A DNA stretch of 64,000 nucleotides from Flavobacteriales bacterium (GTDB lineage Bacteria; Bacteroidota; Bacteroidia; Flavobacteriales_F; PHOS-HE28): the NCBI GenBank assembly GCA_016704485.1, contig JADJAA010000002.1:945892-1009891 (forward strand), written 5' to 3'. The notes under the pieces were generated by a model. The model saw only the letters and a list, made by a program, of their open reading frames with translations. It was not told the origin of the DNA and did not search any database. Position 1 is the stretch's first letter, and the number at the start of each line of letters is the position of its first letter. Made by a program: the position numbers and the translations under genes. This document shows, one piece after another, positions 40,632-50,669 of the stretch.

Positions 40632-41276
40632 TCAATACTTCCACAGATAGTACATGAGCTTCACGTACTCGTTGTTCACCATCAGTAGCCCGTCCTCGCT
40701 TTGCCACCAGCGGTTGCTGTCGTAACGGTCGGAGTAGGCGCCACGCACCAATACGGTAATGCCTTTGCCTTTGCCCTGTTTACGCAATACGCGTTTCACG
40801 CGGCGCAAGTGGAATTCGGTGGAGACCACAGTGATCGTATCGTAGTTGTTCTCAATGGCGTGTGCTAGGATCACGCCTGCCTCTTCCCATGTGCTGGTGC
40901 CCGTTTGTAGCAAACCAACCTTTGAACTGTCCGCTCCCGTGCGCAACATCGCGTGTTGGGAGAGTTGGGCTTCAGTTAGATCAATGCCTTCTGCGGCAAG
41001 CAATGGATAAAAGTTCTCTCCTGTACAGTAAGCAATGTCTGCTTTGTTGGCACCCAACAAACGAGCCGCTTCCCTACCCCGTTCAATGGGTGAGCCGCCG
41101 AGCACATAGATCGCATCGGCGTGCAATTCCTTGTCCTGATCGATGAGCATATCGCCCGTTGCGCGTAATAAGGTGTATCGGAATGCCCACAGCAGCCCAA
41201 GAACGATGGCAATGCCCAAGAACGAAAGCATGAACCGGTTCAGTAAGAACTCTGCTGTTCGTCTAAGAAACGTCAT
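40632..41276 (-). CDS. YdcF/ElyC/SanA (DUF218) family protein
   Basis: N-terminal TM, then IYVLGGSP...TVVSTEFHLRR motifs of the DUF218 family. Confidence 0.7.
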   Translation of the reverse strand: MTFLRRTAEFLLNRFMLSFLGIAIVLGLLWAFRYTLLRATGDMLIDQDKELHADAIYVLGGSPIERGREAARLLGANKADIAYCTGENFYPLLAAEGIDLTEAQLSQHAMLRTGADSSKVGLLQTGTSTWEEAGVILAHAIENNYDTITVVSTEFHLRRVKRVLRKQGKGKGITVLVRGAYSDRYDSNRWWQSEDGLLMVNNEYVKLMYYLWKY

Positions 41277-41306
41277 ATTCGAAGGAGAATGATTTCACAC
41301 AGGTAT

Positions 41307-43400
41307 TCAATAGGCACCATTGCGTCGCCGCAGCACCCATTCAAGGGTAAGCAACGCTAAGATCACGAAGAAGATCCATTTCAAGCCGATCAGATCGCTG
41401 AAGCTGGCATGCGCGTATGATCTGGCCTTCAGTTGGTTCTTTCCTTGGATCAGTTCAGCCAAGGTACCAAGATCCTTCGGGTAGACCATTTGACCACCTG
41501 TGTTGGTCGCAATATCGTTCCAGACTCCGTGATCCGCCACTGTGCTGAATTGTTCGGCAACCAGCTCGCTCACATTCAATTCACCGGATGCCGTATAGCG
41601 TTGTCCCTCCAACTGCGTGCGGGCACTCCAGGTATAGCGTCCGGCCGGTAAGCGACCAGCATCCAACCGATATGCCGTGCCATTCGGGCTGAAGGTGTAT
41701 GGGTACTCGCGGCCATCTTCATCTTTCAGCAGGATCGTTGCTTCCACGTTGTTCACCGGTTCGAAACTGGCGTTGTACAATTCAGCATTGATCAGCACAG
41801 GGTCGTTCTCAGTGTACTCCGGTGCATGCTCAACGCGGAATCGGTTCTTGTCCACCTTGAGCACAAGGAATTGCACCATTTTATGCACCAAGCGATCAAA
41901 GCGTTCATGCGATCCGTTCAATTGTTGATCGGCCACACGCCAGCGCCAAAGCCCTTCACCGGTAACGGTTGCCATGCGTCGCTCGCCTTGTTGGCTGAAG
42001 GCGATCAAAGGATAAGCAGTGCGCACGACTCCGATACGTTGCATCAACAACGCACTTGCGGACCGACCAAGATCGTATTGCCCGAACGGAACTTGTAATG
42101 GCGGGAATCGTTCGATCGCGTGCTGTTGGTCCTGATCGACCGTGAAATACGTGAAGTCCTTGTTGAACGCCGCTTGCGCATCGGTAATGGCCGTACGTGC
42201 TCCGGTCACTTGCACACCACTATTCTGTTGGTTGAAGGAAATGAAGTCCATCCCCTGACCAAGCATGAAACATAGCGGGATCTTGCGCGCCTCAGCACGT
42301 TGCAGTAGCGCTTGTAAGTTCTGCCGTGTCGATGGAAGTTGATGAAGAATGATCAGATCGAATTCATCGATGTTCCCGCTGAAGTCCGAAGCATAGGCCA
42401 ATTCCGACTCGTATCCATCGAGACCAGCGAGGGCCAAGCGCAGTGCACCAAGGTCCGGATGTGGTGCCGCACCGAGCAATAGGATCTTCTGCCGATCGTC
42501 CAGCACATCAACAAGGAACCCACGGGAGTTATTCACCTCGGTGATCTCTTCATTCAACGTTCTTACAACAGCAGTGAACCGTTGCAATCCGGGTTTATCG
42601 GCTTTTAACGTGAACGGTACCTCGACCGTGAAAGGATCCGCAGTGATCGCGACATCTTTTCCCGCTACCTCCTTGCCATTCTGTAGGATCGCAACACGCG
42701 TTTGTTTTCCTTTCAGATGCCTTCCCTCAATGCGGACCAAGACGGGAAATTCGTTACCCAAATAACTGATCCGGTTGTTATCCACACCGCGTAGGACCAG
42801 ATCCGGACGCACTGTAGTATCACCCAAAGCAACCGTGTAGACCGGCACGCCTAAACGGGTGGCATCGATCCTTGGGTCACGACCGCGATTGAATATACCA
42901 TCGCCATCAATGATCACCGCGCCGAGATCAGGTCCGCTAAGGCGATCATACACTTCGCGCAGCGCTTGACCAATATCCGTAAGTCCTTCTAGTTGCGAAA
43001 GGCTGATCCCTTCGGACACCTCCTGACCGTAGGTGAATTCCCGCACTTCGTAATGCTCACTGAGTGCCTTTCCCAATTGCTCCAATTGCACACCGTAATT
43101 CTGTTGAAAGGAAGCGCTATCGGTTTTGGACAGGATGGATGAAGAACCATCATGCAATACCACCACCACGGGCTTCCTCACCTCGCGTATGAGTATGCGG
43201 ACCATGGGTTCCAGTAGAAAAAAGGCGATCACCGCGATGGCCAACGCCCTGAGGCCAGCCAACAAGAGTGCGAGATTCCTTCCGAACCCTTCTACACCTG
43301 CGGACTTACGGTACAGCACCCATGCCAAGGCAATGCCCAGCGCTAAACAAAGCGGAGCAAGCCAAAGGCTATGTGCGGTGGTCAGGTTCATTGCGTGCAA
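41307..43400 (-). CDS. Membrane-anchored von Willebrand factor A domain protein
   Basis: Two N-terminal TM helices. vWA MIDAS elements: VVVLHDGSSS (DxSxS), TDIGQAL, VIIDGDG. A 450-aa C-terminal extension. Confidence 0.55.
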   Translation of the reverse strand: MHAMNLTTAHSLWLAPLCLALGIALAWVLYRKSAGVEGFGRNLALLLAGLRALAIAVIAFFLLEPMVRILIREVRKPVVVVLHDGSSSILSKTDSASFQQNYGVQLEQLGKALSEHYEVREFTYGQEVSEGISLSQLEGLTDIGQALREVYDRLSGPDLGAVIIDGDGIFNRGRDPRIDATRLGVPVYTVALGDTTVRPDLVLRGVDNNRISYLGNEFPVLVRIEGRHLKGKQTRVAILQNGKEVAGKDVAITADPFTVEVPFTLKADKPGLQRFTAVVRTLNEEITEVNNSRGFLVDVLDDRQKILLLGAAPHPDLGALRLALAGLDGYESELAYASDFSGNIDEFDLIILHQLPSTRQNLQALLQRAEARKIPLCFMLGQGMDFISFNQQNSGVQVTGARTAITDAQAAFNKDFTYFTVDQDQQHAIERFPPLQVPFGQYDLGRSASALLMQRIGVVRTAYPLIAFSQQGERRMATVTGEGLWRWRVADQQLNGSHERFDRLVHKMVQFLVLKVDKNRFRVEHAPEYTENDPVLINAELYNASFEPVNNVEATILLKDEDGREYPYTFSPNGTAYRLDAGRLPAGRYTWSARTQLEGQRYTASGELNVSELVAEQFSTVADHGVWNDIATNTGGQMVYPKDLGTLAELIQGKNQLKARSYAHASFSDLIGLKWIFFVILALLTLEWVLRRRNGAY

Positions 43401-43462
43401 AGGTCGGGGTTGATCATTTCAAACGCCCGATGAAGAGCAGCTATTGCCGATCCTTACGCTGA

Positions 43463-44212
43463 TCACGTTACAAGACCGCCGCACACATTCAGTGTTTGGC
43501 CACTAACATAAGTGCTCATATCACTGGCGAAGAACACGCAGGCATTTGCCACATCCGCTGAGGAACCACCACGTTTCATGGGTATGCTAGCGCGCCAATC
43601 ATCAACGACCTTTTGATCCAAAGTCGCTGTCATTTCTGTTTCGATGAAACCAGGTGCAATGGCATTGCTTCGGATGTTGCGGCTACCCAGTTCCAAAGCC
43701 ACACTTTTGGTAAAACCGATGATCCCGGCCTTGCTCGCTGCATAATTACTCTGGCCTGCATTGCCTTGCACACCAACGATACTGCTCATGTTGATGATGG
43801 ATCCACTGCGTTGTTTCAGCATGGTCTTGATCACCGCTTTGGTCATGTTGAAGACGCTTTTCAGGTTGGTGGAAATGACCACATCGAAATCGGTTTCGCT
43901 CATGCGCATGAGCAACTGGTCCTTGGTGATACCGGCGTTATTCACCAGCACATCCAACTTACCGAATTCAGCTACCACTTGATCCACGCAGGTCTGTGCG
44001 CTATCAAAATTACTGGCATCGCTTTGGATGGCGATCACTTTTCGGCCATACTTGGCTCCAAGTTCTTCAGCTACAGCATTGGCTTTCTCAGGGCTGCTCA
44101 CGTAAGTAAATGCCACATCTGCGCCTTCTTCAAGGAAGCGTTCCACGATACCGCGACCAATGCCACGGGAGCCACCGGTTACTAAGGCGGACTTATCTTT
44201 TAATAAAGCCAT
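43463..44212 (-). CDS. fabG: 3-oxoacyl-[acyl-carrier-protein] reductase
   Basis: TGGSRGIGR cofactor motif. NAG. S..Y...K catalytic triad (SNYAASKAG). 249 aa. Confidence 0.9.
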   Translation of the reverse strand: MALLKDKSALVTGGSRGIGRGIVERFLEEGADVAFTYVSSPEKANAVAEELGAKYGRKVIAIQSDASNFDSAQTCVDQVVAEFGKLDVLVNNAGITKDQLLMRMSETDFDVVISTNLKSVFNMTKAVIKTMLKQRSGSIINMSSIVGVQGNAGQSNYAASKAGIIGFTKSVALELGSRNIRSNAIAPGFIETEMTATLDQKVVDDWRASIPMKRGGSSADVANACVFFASDMSTYVSGQTLNVCGGLVT

Positions 44213-44270
44213 ATGTTGAACGCCTGTTCCTAATACAAAAGGCGATGCGCGAATGTAACAACAGTTGATC

Positions 44271-44510
44271 GCTCCGGGCCTTCAGCCCTCGAACACACAT
44301 GTAATGGACCCAGCACATGGCATTGCCATGTGCTAGGATGAGGCGGGGCCTACAGCCCACGGACCCATGTTCATTGGACATAACCCATCGCAATGCCATG
44401 TAATAACATGAGGCCGGGCCTTCAGCCCTCAGACCCATGTGTGATGCGTCCCAGCCTATGGCGTTGCCATGAGCTGGGATGATGCCGCGCATTCAGCGCA
44501 CTGAAGCCTC
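44271..44510. repeat. Three tandem ~70-bp REP-like units upstream of fabG, each with a GGGCC..GCCC mini-hairpin and a long palindrome
   Basis: Units start at 44276, 44346 and 44416 (gggccttcagccctc..). Unit 1 carries the perfect palindrome agcacatggca-tt-gccatgtgct. Unit 3 carries the imperfect cccagcctatggcg/ttgccatgagctggg. A terminal ttcag-cgcac-tgaa hairpin follows. Confidence 0.7.
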
Positions 44511-44669
44511 AACAACACGATTCCCAGCAAAATGTCATCCGCGATATAAGAAACAGGGAAGGTCTTGACCCATGATCAGGTTTAGATCCATCTCGCACAA
44601 GAAGAATGTAGGAGTGTTGCTACTCGATCCGAATAGGGATCACTGACACGATCAAACTAGATTTGTACA

Positions 44670-44876
44670 ATGAGCAACGCAACCGACTTTTGGCAGTTCC
44701 CACCCGACCTACCGAAGGATCCCAAGAAATTGTGCCTTGTTAAGGTGAAGAATTACAGGACCGAGAAGTTGAGCTTTTATGTTCTGCGCTACCTGCGCGG
44801 CAAGTGGCAGTTCCAGGATAGGTTGCTCCTGAGCGGCGACGAGGACATCGTCAGTTGGGCCGTGATCAACGAATAG
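44670..44876 (+). CDS. Hypothetical small protein (68 aa)
   Basis: ATG ORF between the repeat array and sucD. No family recognised. Confidence 0.3.
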   Translation: MSNATDFWQFPPDLPKDPKKLCLVKVKNYRTEKLSFYVLRYLRGKWQFQDRLLLSGDEDIVSWAVINE

Positions 44877-44882
44877 GGCCGA

Positions 44883-45752
44883 TCAACCCAGCACTTCCTT
44901 AACCTTCGCACCGATCGTTGCGGGGCTATCCACTACATGGATGCCGCATTCGCGCATCACTTTCTTCTTGGCCGCAGCACTCTCGTCCGCACCGGACACA
45001 ATTGCACCTGCATGGCCCATGGTACGGCCAACAGGAGCGGTTTCTCCGGCAATGAATCCGATAACTGGTTTCTTGCAATTGGCCTTGATCCATTTTGCCG
45101 CCTGTATCTCAAGATCACCACCGATCTCGCCGATCATTACAATGGCCTCGGTCTCTGGATCATTGGAAAAGAGTTGAACTGCTTCCAACGTTGTAGTGCC
45201 AATGATGGGGTCACCTCCAATACCGATGGCAGTGGTTATTCCCAGACCGGCTTTCACCACTTGGTCCGCCGCTTCGTAGGTAAGTGTACCGGACTTGCTT
45301 ATGATACCCACCGTGCCCTTCTTGAAAACGAAACCGGGCATGATACCTACTTTGCATTCATCTGCGGTGATCACCCCAGGACAGTTCGGGCCTATCAATA
45401 CACAGTTCTTTCCGCGGAGGTATTCACGGGCGGTCACCATGTCCTTCACCGGAATTCCTTCGGTGATGCACACGATCACTTTGATCCCGGCCTCCGCAGC
45501 TTCCATGATCGCATCCGCAGCGAATGCGGGTGGCACGAAGATGATGCTCACATCGGCACTCGTCTCTCGTACGGCATCACTCACTGTTTCGAACACCGGA
45601 CGGTCCAAGTGCTTCTGACCACCCTTGCCCGGTGTAACACCACCGACCACATTGGTGCCGTATTCGATCATTTGTTCAGCGTGGAACGTGCCTTCGCTAC
45701 CTGTAAAACCTTGCACTAGAACTTTGCTTTTCTTGCTGACGAGTACGCTCAT
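44883..45752 (-). CDS. sucD: Succinyl-CoA ligase alpha subunit
   Basis: VLVQGFTG CoA-binding start. Phospho-His loop (GHAGAIV). 289 aa. Confidence 0.9.
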   Translation of the reverse strand: MSVLVSKKSKVLVQGFTGSEGTFHAEQMIEYGTNVVGGVTPGKGGQKHLDRPVFETVSDAVRETSADVSIIFVPPAFAADAIMEAAEAGIKVIVCITEGIPVKDMVTAREYLRGKNCVLIGPNCPGVITADECKVGIMPGFVFKKGTVGIISKSGTLTYEAADQVVKAGLGITTAIGIGGDPIIGTTTLEAVQLFSNDPETEAIVMIGEIGGDLEIQAAKWIKANCKKPVIGFIAGETAPVGRTMGHAGAIVSGADESAAAKKKVMRECGIHVVDSPATIGAKVKEVLG

Positions 45753-45850
45753 GATCGATCGGGATGCTGATTAAGTGGCGGCGAAATTAGCCCAATGGTT
45801 GGAACGACGGCCCGGAACATGTTCACAATGGATCGTTCCCTTGCTGAACA

Positions 45851-47050
45851 CTACGCCCCCGTAGCATTTGCAGCAATTGCACGCGATCTGGCCGAGCGTT
45901 GAAAAGCGAGCACGAACAGCAACGCACCGACCATCATGATCGCCCCACCGATATAAGGCGATGTGTAATGCCAGCCATAAAGGAACCCACCAAGAGTAGG
46001 GCCAATTACACGCGCCAACGATCCAAAGCTCTGGTTCATGCCCAGTACTTGACCTTGTTCCTTCTTTTCAGCACTGCGGCTTAGTAGTGATGAAATGCTC
46101 GGCATCATGCACCCATTTGCCAATGACAGGAAAAGAAGCGGAATAAAAGCGAACGGCACGAAATAGGCGGGCGGTACGAAGGGGATCATGAGTAGACCGA
46201 GAGCCAATAGGATACAACCGATGATCATCAATTTCTCTTCACCGAACGTGCGTGTAAGCCAACCGATCAAACCGCCCTGAACAATAGCAGATGCAAGCCC
46301 AATGAAGGCGAACATGTACCCGATGTGCTCCTCCGTAAGTCCATAATGCTGTTCCCAGAGGAGCGCGACCGTGATCTGCATCATGCTGAATGCCGTGATG
46401 TAGATGAAGTTGGTCACGAAGAGATCCCGGAATTTCTCGTTCCGAAGGGCTAGTATCGAACTGGTGATCGGCTTTACCTCGATCTTATTGCCGAGATTTT
46501 TTTCATGCAATGATTCCGGGAGGAAGATCAGGATCAGTACGAAGTTGATCAAGCTGAGGCACATGGCCGCGTAACCTACCGCGTCCATTCCGAAGTGTGC
46601 TTTGATGTATCCACCCACCGGCGGTCCGAAAATGAATCCAAGACCGAATGCGGCACCGATCATGCCCAATGCCTTTGCCCTGTTCTGGGGTTCTGTGACA
46701 TCAGTGATGTACGCCTGTGAAGTTGCAATGTTCGCGGAGCCGATACCGGCCAACATACGCGCCAGCACCAAGACCAGAAGCGTATGGGCATTGGCAAGCA
46801 ATAGAAAGCCCATCGCAGTGATGAATACTGTACCGGCGATCACGGGTCGCCTTCCATGCCTATCGCTTAACGAACCCCAGAAGGGTGAGAATACGAAATT
46901 CATCAAGGCATAAACCGCCATGATCATTCCCACCTCAAAGGGCGATGCTCCCAGTTCCATAGAATAAATAGGGAGAATAGGAATAACCAATCCGAACCCC
47001 AAAAGGTCAATGAAGACGGTGAGAAAAAGTATGGCGACCTTACGATCCAT
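45851..47050 (-). CDS. MFS transporter
   Basis: 12 predicted TM helices. MFS signature region G..SDR.GRR between TM2 and TM3. Confidence 0.8.
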   Translation of the reverse strand: MDRKVAILFLTVFIDLLGFGLVIPILPIYSMELGASPFEVGMIMAVYALMNFVFSPFWGSLSDRHGRRPVIAGTVFITAMGFLLLANAHTLLVLVLARMLAGIGSANIATSQAYITDVTEPQNRAKALGMIGAAFGLGFIFGPPVGGYIKAHFGMDAVGYAAMCLSLINFVLILIFLPESLHEKNLGNKIEVKPITSSILALRNEKFRDLFVTNFIYITAFSMMQITVALLWEQHYGLTEEHIGYMFAFIGLASAIVQGGLIGWLTRTFGEEKLMIIGCILLALGLLMIPFVPPAYFVPFAFIPLLFLSLANGCMMPSISSLLSRSAEKKEQGQVLGMNQSFGSLARVIGPTLGGFLYGWHYTSPYIGGAIMMVGALLFVLAFQRSARSRAIAANATGA

Positions 47051-47088
47051 TCTGAACGGGGCGCAAAAGTATTATGAAGCAGGGTCCG

Positions 47089-48402
47089 TTAAATAGCTTC
47101 CTGCTCCGTAACCGTTGCTTTACGCACATACGGCCGAACGATCAAGCGGATCGTATTTTTCCAGCTTAGGAATTTCCATGCCCAGTTGAACAGCACCAAC
47201 ATGCGGTTACGGAAGCTCACCAAGCTCATGACATGGATGAAGATCCAACTGAACCATGCGATAGGCCCGGACAGATGCAGCTTCCCCCGATCCATGACCG
47301 CCTTGAATCGGCCAATGGTCGCCATTGAGCCTTTGTCATTGTATTTGAATGGGGTCCATTGCGAAGGATCCTTCAATAGATTCTTAGCGAGGTTCTTGGC
47401 TTGTTGGATCGCCGCGGGAGCTACTTGTGGATGGCCTCGCAGCCAAGCACTTTCCGTCATGTTCAAGGCTACATCACCCACGGCATAGATATTTCCAAAG
47501 CCGTTCAAGCGACTGAACTCATCCACATTGAACCGATCCGCTTTTGCATTGAATGCGGACTCCAGCCCAGGAATACAGACCCCTTTCACGCCGGCGGCCC
47601 AGATCAATGTATTGGTGGCCATGGTAGAACCATCAGCGAACTTTATCGTGTTCTCATCACACCCGATAACGCGCATCCCGAACCTTACGGAAACACCCAT
47701 CTCCGTGAGATATTCGAACGCCTTTTCCTGTGCTTTTTTCGAGAAATTATTCAGCAATGAGGTGTTGCTATCGACCAAATGGATCTGCATATGCTCGCTT
47801 TCCATTTCACGGTATTCCTTTTTCAGGATCGTCATACGGATCTCGGCCAAAGCACCAGCAAGTTCCACGCCTGTCGGTCCTCCACCTACGATCACGAAAT
47901 TGAGTTGGCGCCGTCGGTCATGCTCATCATCCAAATAGAGCGCGGCCTCGAAATCCTGCAGGAAATCACTCCGGATATCCAATGCCTGTGCAACGGTCTT
48001 GAGTTGCATCGCCTCTCTTGCGATCTCCTTATTCCCAAAGAAGTTGGTGGTACTTCCCGTAGCGATAACCAACTGATCATAATGAAATTCCCCACGGTCG
48101 GTGACCAAGATGTTCAGTTCAGGTTTAACCGCGATCACATTTGCCATGCGGAAAGCGACATTCGGCATGGGTCCCACCGTTCTTCTGAAGGGATGCGCAA
48201 TGCTATCCGCACCCAAACTGGCCGTGGCCACCTGGTAGAGCAACGGTTGGAAACAATGGTGATTGTTCCGATCGATCAACAGTACCTTGTAGGGCTTACC
48301 GTCCAACCGTTTCACCAGTTCAAGCCCTGCGAAACCACCACCCACCACGATCAGTGTTGGAAAGGGCAATTGATCATATACGTCGCGGACTTTATTCGGC
48401 AT
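47089..48402 (-). CDS. ndh: Type II NADH:quinone oxidoreductase (NDH-2 family)
   Basis: Two GxGxxG dinucleotide folds (VVGGGFAG and IVGGGPTG). The Met at 48402 (MPNKVRD) is the likely start. Confidence 0.75.
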   Translation of the reverse strand: MPNKVRDVYDQLPFPTLIVVGGGFAGLELVKRLDGKPYKVLLIDRNNHHCFQPLLYQVATASLGADSIAHPFRRTVGPMPNVAFRMANVIAVKPELNILVTDRGEFHYDQLVIATGSTTNFFGNKEIAREAMQLKTVAQALDIRSDFLQDFEAALYLDDEHDRRRQLNFVIVGGGPTGVELAGALAEIRMTILKKEYREMESEHMQIHLVDSNTSLLNNFSKKAQEKAFEYLTEMGVSVRFGMRVIGCDENTIKFADGSTMATNTLIWAAGVKGVCIPGLESAFNAKADRFNVDEFSRLNGFGNIYAVGDVALNMTESAWLRGHPQVAPAAIQQAKNLAKNLLKDPSQWTPFKYNDKGSMATIGRFKAVMDRGKLHLSGPIAWFSWIFIHVMSLVSFRNRMLVLFNWAWKFLSWKNTIRLIVRPYVRKATVTEQEAI

Positions 48403-48498
48403 TTTCAAATTAGTTCTTTGATCCAGGGCTAAAGATCCGGATCTTTGCCCGACAAGCACATTCAAAGATCATATTGAATGCGCAATATAAGTTCAAGT

Positions 48499-49851
48499 AT
48501 GTACGAACAGGACACGATCGCTGCACTATCTACACCGGCGGGTGCTGGTGCAATAGCCATGCTCCGGGTATCCGGAGCAAAAGCGACGGCCGTGATCGAT
48601 CGTATAGCACCTACCCTGCCCTTGGAACCGCTGCCGCGCTCGGCTTATTATGTGCCGGTGATCGATATGGACGGGCAGATCGATGAGGCGGTGATCACCT
48701 ATTTCAAAGGCCCGCATTCCTACACGGGCGAAGATGTTGTGGAAGTTTGTGTACACGGATCAACCTATATCCAACAGCGCTTATTGCAGGCCATGCTCGA
48801 TGCTGGCGCGCGGTTGGCACAACCCGGCGAATTCACTCAACGTGCTTTCCTGAACAAGAAATTGGATCTGAGCCAAGCAGAAGCCGTAGCTGATCTCATC
48901 GCTAGCCAAAGTGCCGCGCAGCATGAACTTGCGTTACACCAGTTGCGTGGTGGGTTCGGTAACCGCATAGAAGAACTACGGCAGCAGTTGATCGACTTCT
49001 GTGCGTTGATAGAACTGGAACTGGACTTCGGTGAAGAGGATGTGGAATTCGCGCAACGTATTGAATTGGTGGCACTAGTGGATCGGCTGATCGACCTGTG
49101 CACGGAGCTGGTGGACAGCTTCAGGTATGGTAACGCGATAAAGCAAGGCATACCGGTTGCGATCCTTGGTGCACCGAACAGCGGTAAAAGCACGTTGTTG
49201 AATGCCTTGTTGCAGGAGGATCGCGCCATTGTGAGCGAGATCGCTGGCACTACGCGGGATACAGTGGAGGAACTGCTGAGCATCGAAGGTATTCTGTTCC
49301 GGATCATAGACACGGCAGGGTTGCGCAGAACCACTGATGTTGTTGAGAAATTGGGCATCGACCGCAGCTACAAGAAAGCCGCCGAGAGCAGTATCGTGAT
49401 CCTTTTGGGCGATGGCTCGAAACTATCAGAAGGTGCGTTGCGAACGGAAGCCAAGATGTTGCAGGAACGCCTCAGTAGCGGTGTGAAGGTTGTGCCCATG
49501 ATGAATAAGAGCGATATCAATGCATCGACCAGGAGCAGCACTATCCTTTCCATCAGTGCACGAACTGGTGAAGGCTTGGATGCGTTGAAACAGATCCTGC
49601 TCCAGCATGTAAAGTCCTTACAAAGTGGCTCGGGCGATATCGTTGTGACCAACGCTCGGCATGTGGATGCGTTGACCAAGGCCCGCTCGGCATTGGAAGA
49701 TGCGAAGAAGGCCATCGATAATGGCATCAGCGGTGAACTCCTTGCGATCGATCTGCGCAGGGCTCAACATCACTTGGGCGAGATCACAGGGCGCATTACC
49801 ACGGATGATCTTTTAGGTAGCATTTTCGGGAAGTTCTGTATCGGGAAATAG
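48499..49851 (+). CDS. mnmE: tRNA modification GTPase MnmE
   Basis: DTIAALSTP N-terminus. G-domain GAPNSGKS, DTAG, NKSD. C-terminal FCIGK tetrapeptide. The internal Met (MYEQDTIAAL) is preferred over the track start. Confidence 0.9.
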   Translation: MYEQDTIAALSTPAGAGAIAMLRVSGAKATAVIDRIAPTLPLEPLPRSAYYVPVIDMDGQIDEAVITYFKGPHSYTGEDVVEVCVHGSTYIQQRLLQAMLDAGARLAQPGEFTQRAFLNKKLDLSQAEAVADLIASQSAAQHELALHQLRGGFGNRIEELRQQLIDFCALIELELDFGEEDVEFAQRIELVALVDRLIDLCTELVDSFRYGNAIKQGIPVAILGAPNSGKSTLLNALLQEDRAIVSEIAGTTRDTVEELLSIEGILFRIIDTAGLRRTTDVVEKLGIDRSYKKAAESSIVILLGDGSKLSEGALRTEAKMLQERLSSGVKVVPMMNKSDINASTRSSTILSISARTGEGLDALKQILLQHVKSLQSGSGDIVVTNARHVDALTKARSALEDAKKAIDNGISGELLAIDLRRAQHHLGEITGRITTDDLLGSIFGKFCIGK

Positions 49852-49895
49852 GGCAAGTACTTGGCTCTATCTTCGTTCCTTATCATTCAAACTCC

Positions 49896-50038
49896 ATGGA
49901 ACGGCTCCTGCTTGCGTTGTGCATTACACTGCCCATGGGTGCAATGGGTCAAGTTCCAGAACAATCGCTCTCATCATCAACATCCGAGCCTCAGCATATT
50001 CGTCATTTTTGGGTTAATGGACAAAACGAATGGTAAAA
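49896..50038 (+). pseudogene. Signal-peptide-encoding gene remnant, likely the 5' end of the beta-barrel gene split by the IS1595-like insertion
   Basis: MERLLLALCITLPMGAMGQVPEQ... runs into the left terminal repeat of the inserted element and terminates 8 codons later. It is in the same frame (mod 3) as ORF 52056..52742. Confidence 0.35.
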
Positions 50039-50085
50039 CCTTCTGAAAGTCCTACCTGGCTTAGGTTAGAGGCCTTTCAAAGGTC

Positions 50086-50669
50086 ATGAACCAAAAAAGT
50101 GCTCTTTGTGTGGTGGTCCAGTTATTAACAAATACGGCCAGGTTCGGGGTAAGCAACGGTACCGTTGCCGCACTTGTGGTAAGCAATTTTTAGGCGGCCA
50201 AACAAAGCAGCCCGAAGAACTATGGTTTGAGTATCAAGCTGGCAAACAGACTTACAGGCAGTTGGCTCTCAAGTATGGTTGTTCTATTCGGACCATACAG
50301 CGGACGTTGGACAAATACACAGGCACTGAAGCCAAGGCTGTTCTGCCATCTTCAGCCGTGGTTTTAATGGATACGACCTACTTCGGGAGAACCTTCGGTG
50401 TAATGGTGTTCAGGGATGCAACTACAGGCACAGTCCTGTATAGGAAATACGTAAAACATGAGACCAACCAGCTTTATGCGGATGGTCTGAAATTCCTTCG
50501 TGGACAAGGCGTGGAGATAAGCGCCGTTGTTTGTGATGGCCGACGAGGCCTGTTGCAACTCTGCAGAGGAATCCCGGTGCAAATGTGCCAATTTCATCAA
50601 GTAGCGATCATTACCCGCTATCTCACTAGAAGGAATCTCAAAAATAAGCATTGCCTAAGTTATCTATGA
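50086..50669 (+). pseudogene. IS1595-like transposase, N-terminal part (zinc ribbon, HTH, first two catalytic Asp), interrupted by the IS5-family insertion
   Basis: CSLCGGP...(17)...CRTCGKQF zinc ribbon. An in-frame ATG at 50086 is one nt out of register across an A6 run; A7 would give MNQKKCSLCGG. DDE aspartates lie in VLMDTTYF and VVCDGRRG. Reading stops inside the IS5 left end. Confidence 0.6.

Noticed and set aside
44193-44492. 99-aa minus-strand ORF upstream of fabG
   Set aside because: It is composed of the three tandem ~70-bp palindromic repeat units. The periodic sequence creates the open frame, so it is not coding.
44271-44510. Possible CRISPR array
   Set aside because: There are only three units. 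The repeats are not identical to each other, there are no unique spacers between them, and each unit is itself a palindrome-bearing REP-like element.
44937-45719. 260-aa plus-strand ORF
   Set aside because: Antisense to sucD.
47779-48432. 217-aa plus-strand ORF
   Set aside because: Antisense to the NDH-2 gene.
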